Origin: an uncultured Desulfococcus sp.
GTDB taxonomy: Bacteria > Desulfobacterota > Desulfobacteria > Desulfobacterales > Desulfococcaceae
Length of the DNA: 58,944 nt
Direction of reading: 5' to 3'
Assembly: GCA_913060435.1 (NCBI GenBank)
Contig: CAJXSB010000001.1
Coordinates: forward strand, 1-58,944
The notes beneath the pieces were generated by a model. It worked only from the letters and a program-made list of their open reading frames with translations. It was not told the DNA's origin and searched no databases. Shown here piece after piece: positions 1 through 8,848 of this stretch (positions are counted from its first letter, which is position 1; each line of letters starts with the position of its first letter). Both the position numbers and the translations under genes were made by a program.

Positions 1-1
1 G

Positions 2-91
2 GGCCGACCCTGCCCCTACTGCGGTGCGATCCATGAATACCCAGCCGATGAACTGGCCTGCCCATTTGCCAGCGGGGAAGAGGGAGTGTAA
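2..91 (+). CDS. 3' end of a small Cys-containing protein (partial)
   Basis: Frame 2 reads GRPCPYCGAIHEYPADELACPFASGEEGV*. Its TAA overlaps the selD ATG (TAATG), suggesting translational coupling. Confidence 0.55.
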   Translation, partial: GRPCPYCGAIHEYPADELACPFASGEEGV

Positions 92-1161
92 TGGCGGACG
101 TCGAAAAGGTCCGGCTCACAGCCGGCGGCAGCGGGGCGGGGTGAGCGTCCAAACTGCCTCCAGGGGACCTGGAGCGGGCGCTTTGCGGGCTTGATTTCCC
201 GACGGATGAAAACCTGATCGTGGGGCTTGACCGGGCAGACGACGCCGGCGTCTACCGCGTCAGCGACGAGGTTGCCATGATCCAGACCGTCGATTTCTTT
301 ACGCCGGTGGTCGACGACCCCTTTGCCTTTGGCCGGATCGCGGCGGCCAATGCCTTGAGCGACGTCTACGCCATGGGCGGGACGCCGAAGACCGCCATGA
401 ACATCGTGGGGTTTCCCCTTGGGCGGCTTGATCTTTCGGTCCTGCGCCGGGTCCTTGCCGGGGGGCTGGAAACGATGCGCGAGGCCGGCGTGGTCCTGGT
501 CGGGGGCCACAGCATTGACGACAGCGAGCTGAAATACGGCCTGTCGGTCACCGGATTCGTTCACCCGGACCGGGTCCTGACCAAGAAGGCCCTGCAGGCG
601 GGCGACCGGCTTGTCCTGACCAAGCCCCTGGGCATCGGGATCATCACGACGGCCATGACCGCGGGACTGGCGTCTCCCGAGCTGGCGGCGCGGGCGGTCC
701 GGCAGATGGCCGCCCTGAACCGGTCGGCAGCGGCGGTGATGGCGGACTTTCCCGTCCATGCCTGCACCGACATCACGGGGTTCGGGCTCCTGGGCCACCT
801 CGCGGAGATGGTCTCCGGATCGGGGCTGGGGGCGCGGATCTACGCTGATCTCGTGCCGGTCATCCCCGAAGCCGTTGATTTTGCCGGGATGGGCCTCATC
901 CCGGCCGGTGCCCACCGCAACCGGGAATTCCGGGAGGGCGGGGTCGACATCGCCGCAGGGGTCGGCCGCCTCATGCCCCATATCCTCTTTGACCCCCAGA
1001 CCTCCGGCGGGCTCCTGATCTCCGTCGCCCCTGGGAGCGCCGATGCCTTGGCATCAGCCCTTCGGAAGGCCGGCCATGAATCGGCGGCCGTGATCGGAGA
1101 GGTCGAGAAAGGCCCGGAGGTCGAGACGCTGGAGAGGATCCGGGTGGTGCCGCGGCTTTGA
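91..1161 (+). CDS. selD: Selenide, water dikinase SelD, selenocysteine-containing
   Basis: ATG at 91 after GGGAG gives MADVEKVRLTAGGSGAG-U(TGA 142-144)-ASKLPPGDL, in frame with ORF 220..1161. SelD motifs DDAGV, QTVDFF, NALSDVYAMGG, GGHS, TDITGFGLLGH and DPQTSGGLL are present. The TGA sits at the catalytic C/U-x-x-K position. Confidence 0.95.
158..174 (+). promoter_or_regulatory. Candidate bacterial SECIS hairpin
   Basis: CTCCAGG-GGA-CCTGGAG is a perfect stem with a G-containing loop, starting 13 nt after the in-frame TGA. Confidence 0.7.
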
Positions 1162-1221
1162 GCCTCCGACCGGGCGGTGGGGGCGGAAGATATGGATGAT
1201 AACAAAAGGAAAGGAAGCGGG

Positions 1222-1818
1222 ATGAAAGAGATCGATGCCCGGGGGCTGGCCTGTCCGGCACCGGTGCTCATGACCAAGGACGCCGTTGAAAGCGGCGCCG
1301 GGGGGCCTGTGAGGGTGATTGTGGACAACGGAGGCTCCCGGGAGAATGTCACCCTTTTCCTGGAGTCCCGTGGCTACCGGGTCTCTGTCGAGGAGAAGGG
1401 GGGGGATTTTTACGTCTCCGGTGACGGGGGGCCGGATGCTGGTGAGGCCCCGGCCGAAGCCGAGCGGCTGGACGAGGACCTGAAAAAGATCCTGGTCATG
1501 GTGACCACGGATCGGATGGGGCACGGCGACGATGAGCTGGGCCTCAAGCTGATGCAAAGTTTCATCAAGACCCTCAAGGAGATGGGGGGCGAGCTCTGGC
1601 GGCTGGTTCTCGTCAACAACGGCGTCAAACTCGCCGTAACGGGCGCCGATGCACTGGCCGATCTCCAGTCCCTGGCCGATGCCGGGGTGACGATCCTGGT
1701 CTGCGGCACCTGCCTCACCCACTTCAACCTCCTGGACGAGAAGCGGATCGGGGAGACCACCAATATGCTCGACATCGTCACGGCCATGCAGCTGGCCGAC
1801 AAGGTCGTCAATATCTAG
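1222..1818 (+). CDS. yedF: Selenium metabolism protein YedF (TusA-like + DsrE-like sulfurtransferase)
   Basis: IDARGLACPAPV TusA motif; C-terminal DsrE-like NNGVKL...CGTCL...TTNMLDIV; directly follows selD. Confidence 0.88.
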   Translation: MKEIDARGLACPAPVLMTKDAVESGAGGPVRVIVDNGGSRENVTLFLESRGYRVSVEEKGGDFYVSGDGGPDAGEAPAEAERLDEDLKKILVMVTTDRMGHGDDELGLKLMQSFIKTLKEMGGELWRLVLVNNGVKLAVTGADALADLQSLADAGVTILVCGTCLTHFNLLDEKRIGETTNMLDIVTAMQLADKVVNI

Positions 1819-1994
1819 CACCGTCCGCCGGAGGTATCGGCAAACGCCCCCTTTCCGGCATGGGCCTGACTCCCATGCCGGCCTTCCAAGAAAAGCAGGC
1901 TTCCGGGAGCGGGCACTTTATTTCGCGTCGATGGGGTATTAATTTTATAAATGTGATGTTTTGGACATAACCCATTGCCGTGAAAGGAGGGGAG

Positions 1995-2204
1995 ATGGCC
2001 GAGCCCGAAAAGGTCTATCAATGCCAGACCGTCAACTGCGGGTGCCTGTATGATCCCGACAGAGGCGACCGCCGGCGCAAGATTCCCAAAAACACCGATT
2101 TCAGCGAGTTGCCCGAGAAGTGGTGCTGCCCGGTCTGCGGGGCGACGAAGCGGCGGTTCCGTCCCCTGGCGGGGCCGGGATCCGTCAAGGATGAACATCA
2201 ATAG
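1995..2204 (+). CDS. Rubredoxin, CxxxxC (type II-like)
   Basis: YQCQTVNCGCLYDPDRGD...FSELPEKWCCPVCGA; strong RBS AAGGAGG. Confidence 0.88.
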   Translation: MAEPEKVYQCQTVNCGCLYDPDRGDRRRKIPKNTDFSELPEKWCCPVCGATKRRFRPLAGPGSVKDEHQ

Positions 2205-2285
2205 GCATCACTCGACCCGGATTTCCGGCGATGCTGAATTCCCTTGACTTGGAGCCCCGTGCCGTTTAAACATTCAAAATACAGC

Positions 2286-2442
2286 GCCCGGCAGAAGCCG
2301 GGCAAGATAAAGGAAAGAATCGCCCGGTCCTGATGCCGGCGTTCGAAAGATGCATTCCGGGGATACCCCTGGACGATGCCGCGACGAATATAGGCCACGA
2401 AGGTCATCCCCTCCGGATGGAGGCGCCTTCGCGGCCTTTTTT
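2286..2442 (+). promoter_or_regulatory. Dual-hairpin attenuator-like leader, copy A (upstream of DUF3842-cooT)
   Basis: TTGACT at 2244. Hairpin GCCCGGC-AGAA-GCCGGGC (2286-2303). GGCC-ACGAA-GGTC (2393-2405) also pairs with CCTTCGCGGCC, followed by T6. Confidence 0.7.
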
Positions 2443-2479
2443 GTGGGATGCCCCGTCCGGGGCGGATGAGGACATCGAA

Positions 2480-2905
2480 TTGAGGAAACGGATCTGCGTG
2501 ATTGACGGGCAGGGCGGCGGCATCGGCGCCACCCTGATCAAATATTTGAAAAGCGCCTACGGCGAATCGGTCGAGCTGATCGCCCTGGGCACCAATGCCA
2601 TCGCCACGGCCGGGATGCTCAAAGCCGGGGCCAACCGGGGGGCGTCGGGGGAGAATGCCATCTGCCGCTCCGTCTGGCAGGCCGACGCTGTTGTCGGCCC
2701 CATCGGCATCACCTGGGCCAATGCCATGCTCGGCGAGGTAACGCCGCAGATGGCCGAGGCGGTCATGTCGAGCCCGGCCCCGAAGGTTCTCCTACCGTTG
2801 TCCCAGGAGAACGCGGAGATCGTGGGGATGGCCAAAGAGCCGCTGCCGCACCTGGTTGAGGCTGTGGTGACGGGGAAAATAAAGGAGGTACTGGAACATG
2901 TGTGA
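2480..2905 (+). CDS. DUF3842 family protein
   Basis: ICVIDGQGGGIG...ALGTNAIATAGMLKAGANRGASGENAI...NAMLGEVTP signature; TTG start after GAGGA. Confidence 0.85.
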   Translation: MRKRICVIDGQGGGIGATLIKYLKSAYGESVELIALGTNAIATAGMLKAGANRGASGENAICRSVWQADAVVGPIGITWANAMLGEVTPQMAEAVMSSPAPKVLLPLSQENAEIVGMAKEPLPHLVEAVVTGKIKEVLEHV

Positions 2906-3086
2906 AGCCAATGCGTATCTGGTCAAGGAGAACGAGGAAACCCTGATCATGGAGTCGGTCGACCTGGTGGAGCCCGAGGGGGAGGATTCCTGGCGGCTGG
3001 TGGGTATTTTCGGCGACCAGAAAATTGTCAAGGGCCGCATCCGCGGCATGAACCTGGTCGATCACAAGATCCTTTTCGAGGCGTGA
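2898..3086 (+). CDS. cooT: CooT family nickel-binding protein
   Basis: 62 aa, MCEANAY...IMESVD...IFGDQK...MNLVDHKI; Cys2 and late His are typical of CooT; overlaps the DUF3842 stop. Confidence 0.85.
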   Translation: MCEANAYLVKENEETLIMESVDLVEPEGEDSWRLVGIFGDQKIVKGRIRGMNLVDHKILFEA

Positions 3087-3093
3087 CGACGGC

Positions 3094-4914
3094 CTATTCG
3101 TGATCGTGGTGATGGGGCTCGGCATCGTGGTCCGGGTGGTCGTGTTCGTGGTAGCGGTGGGGGGCGTGGTCGTGGGCTTCGTGTCCGCGATCGTGCCGGT
3201 GGACGAAGCGGTGGGGATGCTCGTGGACGTGCTCGTGGGGGTGGCTGTGCACCAGCGCGCCGTGACGGTGGGGGTGGTCGTGGAGATGCCGGTGGGGATG
3301 GCTGTGCTCATGTTCGTGCTGCAGTTCCCGGATGGCGCTGCTGCAGTCCCGGCGATAGGTAAAGGCCAGGCCGTTGAGGCTGCCCAGGGCCTCGTCCGCC
3401 AGGAAATCCCGGGTCGGCAGGTCGCAGCCGATCTCGCCGCGGTGCATCACCAGCGTCCGCTGGGTCAGCTCGCCCACGAAGAACATGTCGTGGCTGACCA
3501 GGAGCAGGGTTACATCGAGATCCCGGATGATCCCCAGCAGCAGCTCCTCTCCCTCGGGGTCGAGCCCGGCCGTCGGTTCGTCTAAGATCAGCAGCTCCGG
3601 CGACATGGCGAGTACGCAGGCCAGCGCCAGGCGCTTCCGCTCGCCGCCGGAAAGGTGCAGCGGAACCCGGTTCTCGAATCCCGAAAGGCGCACCCGCGCC
3701 AGGGTCTCCTGGACCCGGTCTTCGATTTCACCGGGCGGACAGCCGAGCCGGCGGAGGCCGAAGGCCACCTCCTCCGCCACGCTCGGGCAGAAGAGCTGGT
3801 CGGCGCAGTCCTGGAACACCATCCCCACCCGCCGCCAGAGGGACTTCTGCCGCCGTCTGGTCACCGCCCTCCCGGCGAACCGGAAGGTTCCGCTGCCCTG
3901 GCGCAGGCCGAGAAGGCAGGAGAGGAGGGTGGTCTTGCCGGCGCCGTTCTCGCCGACCAGGGCGACGCGTTCGCCTGCGGCGATGTCGAGGTCGACGCCG
4001 CCAAGGGCTCGGGTCCCGTCCGGGTACCGGTAATCAAAGCCCCGGAGGGAGACCAGCGGCGTCTCCGGGACCGCATCCCCGGTCGGCGCCGGCGGGCTGA
4101 TGCGGACCGGCGCCCTCCCGATGCCCCCGTCGTGCACCGGCGCAACTCCGGCCAGCCGGAAGGAGAAATCGAGGCCGTGCCCCCGCAGGGATGCGCGGTG
4201 GGAGACGAGGGCGCGCATGGTAAAATCGTGGTGGATCCGGCCCCGGTCGATCACCACGGCCCGGTCGCAGAGTTCGTAGAGGAAGATCAGATCATGGCTG
4301 ATGCAGAGGAGGGTGCCGGGAAAATCCCGGAGGAGGTTGAGGAAGATCTCCTCCTGCTGCGGGTCGAGGTTGGTGGTCGGCTCATCCAGGATCAGCACTG
4401 CGGGCTGCATGGCCAGGAGCCCGGCCAGTGCCGCGCGCTTCTTCTGGCCGAGGCTGAGGTTGTGGGGTGCTTTGTAGGCCATCTCTGAAAGGCCGACCTG
4501 CGCCAGGGCGACGCGGGCGGCCTCGCGGGCCGACGCAGGGGCCAGACCCTGCTGCCGGGGACCGAAGGCCGCGTCGTCGATGAGGGTGTGGCAGAAGAGC
4601 TGGTCGTCCGGGTCCTGGAAGAGGAGGCCGATCTCCAGGCGGGCCTGGTCAAGGTGGGATCCTGCCAGGGGACGGCCCCGGTAGGCGATCGTTCCGGCGG
4701 CGGGGAAGAGAAGCCCGCAGAGCAGCTTGACCAGGGTCGTCTTTCCCGAGCCGTTGTGCCCCACCAGGGCGATCCGGTCGCCTGGTGCGATGTCGAGGTC
4801 GATGCCGGAGAGGGCGGAGGTGCCGTCGGCGTATCGGTAGCGGAGCTCCCGAACGCTGAAAAGGGTCTCTTCCGGGTCCGGCTGCAGCACCGGCGGGGTG
4901 GGGTCATGCATCAC
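3094..4914 (-). CDS. cbiO: ECF transporter ATPase (tandem CbiO/NikO domains) with His-rich C-terminal tail
   Basis: Two ABC domains (GHNGSGKT/LSLGQ/LDEP and GENGAGKT/LSGGE/LDEP), FQDPDDQLF motif, and an ~75-aa HxH tail. Confidence 0.9.
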   Translation of the reverse strand: MMHDPTPPVLQPDPEETLFSVRELRYRYADGTSALSGIDLDIAPGDRIALVGHNGSGKTTLVKLLCGLLFPAAGTIAYRGRPLAGSHLDQARLEIGLLFQDPDDQLFCHTLIDDAAFGPRQQGLAPASAREAARVALAQVGLSEMAYKAPHNLSLGQKKRAALAGLLAMQPAVLILDEPTTNLDPQQEEIFLNLLRDFPGTLLCISHDLIFLYELCDRAVVIDRGRIHHDFTMRALVSHRASLRGHGLDFSFRLAGVAPVHDGGIGRAPVRISPPAPTGDAVPETPLVSLRGFDYRYPDGTRALGGVDLDIAAGERVALVGENGAGKTTLLSCLLGLRQGSGTFRFAGRAVTRRRQKSLWRRVGMVFQDCADQLFCPSVAEEVAFGLRRLGCPPGEIEDRVQETLARVRLSGFENRVPLHLSGGERKRLALACVLAMSPELLILDEPTAGLDPEGEELLLGIIRDLDVTLLLVSHDMFFVGELTQRTLVMHRGEIGCDLPTRDFLADEALGSLNGLAFTYRRDCSSAIRELQHEHEHSHPHRHLHDHPHRHGALVHSHPHEHVHEHPHRFVHRHDRGHEAHDHAPHRYHEHDHPDHDAEPHHHDHE

Positions 4915-4923
4915 GGCGGCACC

Positions 4924-5874
4924 TCACCAGCAGATCTGGTCCCAAAAAATCCGGTCCCAAAAAATCCGATCATAGATCACCAGGCCGATGCCGACGGCCA
5001 GCCAGACGGCCGCCAGGACCAGATCCTTCGCCGCCATCCGCGTTGCGGCCGGTGCCGGGAAGTGCCCCCGGTAGCCCCGGGCCCGCATGGCGTCGAAGAC
5101 CCGCTCCGTCCGCTCGAAGCTCCGCACGAAGAGCATGCCGAGGAAATTGGCCACGGCGCGCAGGGTCTCGAGATCGGTCCGCTTCCGGAATCCCCGGACC
5201 CGCATGCCGGCGGCCATTCGTTCGGCCTCGTGCCGAAAGACGTGAAGGTAGCGGTGGCTCAGCAGCACCATCTGGCCCACCATGTCCGGCGCCCCCAGCC
5301 GCGTCAGACCGTGGAGGGTAACGGGCAGCGGCGCCGTGGTCAAGAGCGGCTCCATGAGGAGGGCGATGGCAATGCCCTTGGCGGCGATGGCCAGGGCTTT
5401 GTAGAGGCCCCGGAGATTGAAGCCGAGCCAGTCCACGCCGGTGACGACCAGGACCGTATCTCCGGGATGGGCCGGGGCTGAGAGGGGCATGACCACCAGG
5501 AACATGGCCAGAAAACCGGTGATCGCGAGAAGCCGCATCAGCGCCCGCGCCAGGGAGGAGCGCGCCAGCACCAGGGCCAGCACCGACACGGCGACAGCGG
5601 CCAGGGCCGGTGTTAGGTGCTGGAGGGAGGCCACCAGAAAGCTGTAGACGACGAGGGCCGCGATCTTGCAGCGGACGTCCCATCGATGGAAGAGGGTCGT
5701 CCCGGCGGCATCCGCCAGGGGCGGCACCGACCAGTCCGGATTATCGCCGTTCATGCTGCGCTGTTTCAGCATGCGGCGCAGGCCCGCGGCAGCCCCTGCC
5801 AGAAGGCCCAGCGGCGCCAGCAGGAGTGCGGCGAACTGCCACGCCGGCAGCGCGATCTGCAGGATGTCACCCAT
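4924..5874 (-). CDS. cbiQ: ECF transporter T component CbiQ/NikQ
   Basis: HRWDVRCKI, RYLHVF...AGMRVRGF and RSFERTERVFDAMRARGY motifs. Confidence 0.9.
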   Translation of the reverse strand: MGDILQIALPAWQFAALLLAPLGLLAGAAAGLRRMLKQRSMNGDNPDWSVPPLADAAGTTLFHRWDVRCKIAALVVYSFLVASLQHLTPALAAVAVSVLALVLARSSLARALMRLLAITGFLAMFLVVMPLSAPAHPGDTVLVVTGVDWLGFNLRGLYKALAIAAKGIAIALLMEPLLTTAPLPVTLHGLTRLGAPDMVGQMVLLSHRYLHVFRHEAERMAAGMRVRGFRKRTDLETLRAVANFLGMLFVRSFERTERVFDAMRARGYRGHFPAPAATRMAAKDLVLAAVWLAVGIGLVIYDRIFWDRIFWDQICW

Positions 5875-6541
5875 GGGCCGGGCTGTCCGGCGGCTCCTGG
5901 GGAGGGGCGTTCAATTCCGGCTGCCGGGGGTGTCCCTGCACAAAGGCCGGCGCCAGCAGCTCGGGCTTGACCCGGACCAGGAAGGCGACGGTGAAGGCGC
6001 TGACCGCCCCTTCGATGAGAATGACCGGTATATGGGCTGCCAGGGCAATCTTGGCCACGCCGAAAAAGTCTTCGCCCCCGGAGGCCAGTAGCAGCGCCAG
6101 GATCAGCGCGGCAAGGGCGGTTCCCAATGCCCCGGCAAGGCCGCCGACCAGCGACTGCCGACGCCGGCTGCGCCCTTTGAGCTTCTGGAAGAAGACGCCG
6201 CAGGCCAGCGCCGGCACCCCCATCATGAGGGCATTGGCGCCCAGGGCGGTCAGCCCGCCGAACTGGAAAAGGATGCTCTGCAGGAGCAGGCCGAGGCCGA
6301 TGGCCAAAAAGGCCGAGGGGCCCAGAAGCGCCCCTGCCAGGCCGGGAATGAGCAGGTGGACGCTGGTGGGGCCGAAGGGGACATGAATCAGGGATGCCAC
6401 GAAGAAGGCCGCCGTTACCACCGCCACCTTGGGCAGCTCTTCGCTCCGGGTGCGGCGGACGCTCCATGCGGCCAGCGCTGCGCTGGCCGCATAGGCGCCG
6501 ACGGTGATGGAGATGGGGAGAACCCCGTCGGAAATGTGCAT
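5867..6541 (-). CDS. cbiM: ECF substrate component CbiM/NikM
   Basis: N-terminal MHISDGVL, plus FFVASLIHVP, SVHL and LFQFGGLTALGAN. Confidence 0.93.
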   Translation of the reverse strand: MHISDGVLPISITVGAYAASAALAAWSVRRTRSEELPKVAVVTAAFFVASLIHVPFGPTSVHLLIPGLAGALLGPSAFLAIGLGLLLQSILFQFGGLTALGANALMMGVPALACGVFFQKLKGRSRRRQSLVGGLAGALGTALAALILALLLASGGEDFFGVAKIALAAHIPVILIEGAVSAFTVAFLVRVKPELLAPAFVQGHPRQPELNAPPQEPPDSPAHG

Positions 6542-6543
6542 CG

Positions 6544-6921
6544 TCAAGTCCTGCCCTGGCCCCTGTCCGGGGCGTTGGGATCGTTGTCGGCCGAACCAGG
6601 CGGGCGTTTGTCCCGGCGCCGGCTCGCCGCAAAGGCGGCGGCGCCGAAGAGGCCCATGATGTAGCCGATGCCGGCGAAGACCTCCTGGAGGCCCGGCCGG
6701 CTCATATCCGCCCGCAGCGCGGCGAGCTCCCGGTGGATGCGGCGCAGGTCCCGGGAGAGGGCGGCGTTCTGTTCGGCAAGGAGCGCCGCCGGATCCGGCG
6801 GGGGCTGCGCTTCGGGCGACTCGGCCCGGGCCGGACCCGGCATGCCGATCATGCCGGCCAGCAAAGCCGCGGCCACGAGGAGCTTCTTACCCCAAAACAG
6901 CCCTTTTCCGCAACCGGTCAT
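6544..6921 (-). CDS. Membrane protein resembling the C-terminal half of NikL/CbiL
   Basis: Signal-like N-terminus, coiled segment, PGLQEVFAGIGYIMGLFGAAAF transmembrane helix and basic tail; lies within the operon. Confidence 0.65.
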   Translation of the reverse strand: MTGCGKGLFWGKKLLVAAALLAGMIGMPGPARAESPEAQPPPDPAALLAEQNAALSRDLRRIHRELAALRADMSRPGLQEVFAGIGYIMGLFGAAAFAASRRRDKRPPGSADNDPNAPDRGQGRT

Positions 6922-7250
6922 TTCCCGGCCTCCACCTCGGTTTTTTTCAGGTGAAAGCGATTTTTATGCCCCATGCCGGCGTCGATGACGATGGTCAGGT
7001 CATCAACCTTGGGGATGGGAAAGCGGAAGAGCCCGCCTGGATCCGTCGTTCCCTCCAGCAGCAGAGCCTCTTCGCTGTCGTAGACCCGGACGGTGCCGTT
7101 CTCCACTTTGCTGCCGTCCGGGAAATAGCTCTCGGTATAGATGGTTCCCCCGTCGACATAGGCGAACAGGTGGACCTTGTGGGCCAGGGCGGGGCCGGCG
7201 AAGAGCGCCGACACCAGCATCAATGCAGCCACGCCGGTAAGAATCTTCAT
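6918..7250 (-). CDS. Periplasmic protein resembling the N-terminal half of NikL/CbiL
   Basis: Signal peptide ending ALA, then HKVHLFAYVDGGTIYTESYFPDG...DAGMGH. Confidence 0.7.
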   Translation of the reverse strand: MKILTGVAALMLVSALFAGPALAHKVHLFAYVDGGTIYTESYFPDGSKVENGTVRVYDSEEALLLEGTTDPGGLFRFPIPKVDDLTIVIDAGMGHKNRFHLKKTEVEAGK

Positions 7251-7264
7251 CGTGCCATCCTCGA

Positions 7265-8071
7265 TTATTTCATGTCCCGGGTGTGGACCCAGAAGACCGC
7301 GCCGATCTCGACGTTCTTCTTCTCTCCCTCGTGGTCGATGGTCCAGTCCGCCTCGTTCAGGGCGGAAAATCCCCACCAGCCGGCCTTGGGCATGGCGTAG
7401 CTGAACACCCCGTTGGCGTCCGCCTTGACCACCTGGGTCACATAGGGGTCCGCCGGCGCCACGACCACGCTGATGTTGCCGGGGGAGGCGTTCAGGTACT
7501 CGATCTCCACCTCGGCATTGGGGACCGGCTTCCCCTTGAGCAGCACCTGGCCGGTGAAGAGGTTGCCGGTCCAGAGGCCGTAGGGCCGTGCCATGGGGAG
7601 GATTTCGGTCTCCAGCCCGACAGGCTGATCCCAGCCCTCCTCGAGGCCCAGGGCGTTGACGCAGACCTTGGTGTAGTGGACGATGTAGAGGTCCTCGGCC
7701 GGCTCCCAGTAGGGGGTCGGCTCGATGAAAAAGGTATAGTCCCCCGGCCGGCGGATCGGATATTCGGCGGTCCAGAAGGTCAGCTCCTCGGTCGGACCGT
7801 GCCCTTTTGCCTTGGCCTCCTGCAGGGTGGCGAGCAGGTCGGTCTTCTGGTCATTGTGCATCACCCCGAACTGCTTGGGTTTGGCCATCTCCATGAGATG
7901 CTGCTCCAGGGGATGGAGAAACTGGATCTCGATGTTCAATGTCTTGGCGTCATCCTGGGTGACGATGTCGTCCGACGGGATGACCGCGCCGAAATGGGCG
8001 GATGCCGGGGGTGCCAAAAGCAGCATCAGTGCCGCCGCCGCGGTGAACAGAATCGAACTTCCTCTTCGCAT
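7265..8071 (-). CDS. DUF4198 / NikK-like periplasmic Ni/Co uptake protein
   Basis: Signal peptide ending ASA, then HFG; [25 protein letters not shown] and GWWGFSAL motifs. Confidence 0.85.
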   Translation of the reverse strand: MRRGSSILFTAAAALMLLLAPPASAHFGAVIPSDDIVTQDDAKTLNIEIQFLHPLEQHLMEMAKPKQFGVMHNDQKTDLLATLQEAKAKGHGPTEELTFWTAEYPIRRPGDYTFFIEPTPYWEPAEDLYIVHYTKVCVNALGLEEGWDQPVGLETEILPMARPYGLWTGNLFTGQVLLKGKPVPNAEVEIEYLNASPGNISVVVAPADPYVTQVVKADANGVFSYAMPKAGWWGFSALNEADWTIDHEGEKKNVEIGAVFWVHTRDMK

Positions 8072-8120
8072 CTTTGCCTCCTGTCATGGTGTTATGAAGC
8101 CACAAGCTTCCGGTCGAAAC

Positions 8121-8262
8121 AAAAAAAGCCACAGAAAACGTCCGTCCTTTCGGGAAATCCCTCTGCCAGGAATCTCCAGGAGGTAGGTCGCCTTCGTGGC
8201 TCGAATGATTGGGCACGACTTTTTTTGGAGCAAGCATCAAACAAGACGGGCTTCAACCCGTC
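8121..8262 (-). promoter_or_regulatory. Dual-hairpin attenuator-like leader, copy B (upstream of the ECF operon)
   Basis: Minus strand: TTGACA (8304-8299); GACGGGT-TGAA-GCCCGTC (8262-8245); GCC-ACGAA-GGC (8200-8190); 3' arm TTTTCTGTGGC plus T7. Confidence 0.65.
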
Positions 8263-8410
8263 CATTGGGCCCTATCTCTACCCCAAGGAATGCATTGATG
8301 TCAATCCCTATCTGACCATCTTCTATGGGGGGATGAACTGGGCAGGGGGATAAACTGGAAAAAATTATGGTTGACTTCTCATTACCGGTTGGCTATTTGG
8401 CTTTCATCAT

Positions 8411-8547
8411 CCCGTGGACAGAAGTCTGCGGGGCGGTCCGCAGGCAGATTTCTCGCCGCTGTTGATGACGGTGGTGGTCTCCAGGAAAGAAGCCACGAAG
8501 GCTGTGCTCTCCCATACCGTGGGGAAAGCGTCTTCGTGGCTTTTTTT
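8411..8547 (+). promoter_or_regulatory. Dual-hairpin attenuator-like leader, copy C (upstream of the TonB-dependent receptor)
   Basis: TTGACT at 8371, 17 bp spacer, TATTTG. CCCGTGGAC-AGAA-GTCTGCGGG (8411-8432); AGCC-ACGAA-GGCT (8491-8503); CTTCGTGGC plus T7. Confidence 0.75.
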
Positions 8548-8641
8548 GTTGCGTATCCGGGCCCCTCCGATGATTCGGCAAATGGATCGGCGGAGGCGGG
8601 GCTTGGATCCCAACGGAAGCGGGCACGACAGTGAACCAACG

Positions 8642-8701
8642 AAGCCAGGAAGACTTCGGAGAATACGGAACGTATTCGCACCGTTGCTTCCCGGCTTTTT
8701 T
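8642..8701 (+). terminator. Second, partial copy D of the attenuator terminator
   Basis: AGCCAGGAAG...CTTCCCGGC plus T6, in tandem after copy C. Confidence 0.55.
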
Positions 8702-8848
8702 GCCGCGGGCCGGCCATCGCGTTGCCAGGATGAAAGGGCCTGCAGGGGCAGTGCTTCCATGCCGCCGGTGAAGACGGTCTGGTGGTTTGCATCAACATGG
8801 ACGGCACATCGATGAATTGGCATCTGACCCCTGACAAAGGAAGTGGAG

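Noticed and set aside
2393-2405. ACGA-containing loops as a guanidine-II (mini-ykkC) riboswitch or canonical ANTAR site
   Set aside because: Guanidine-II needs two ACGR tetraloops with a short linker, and ANTAR needs two hexaloops close together. Here the loops are AGAA and ANGAA, 37-89 nt apart, and the gene context is metal uptake.
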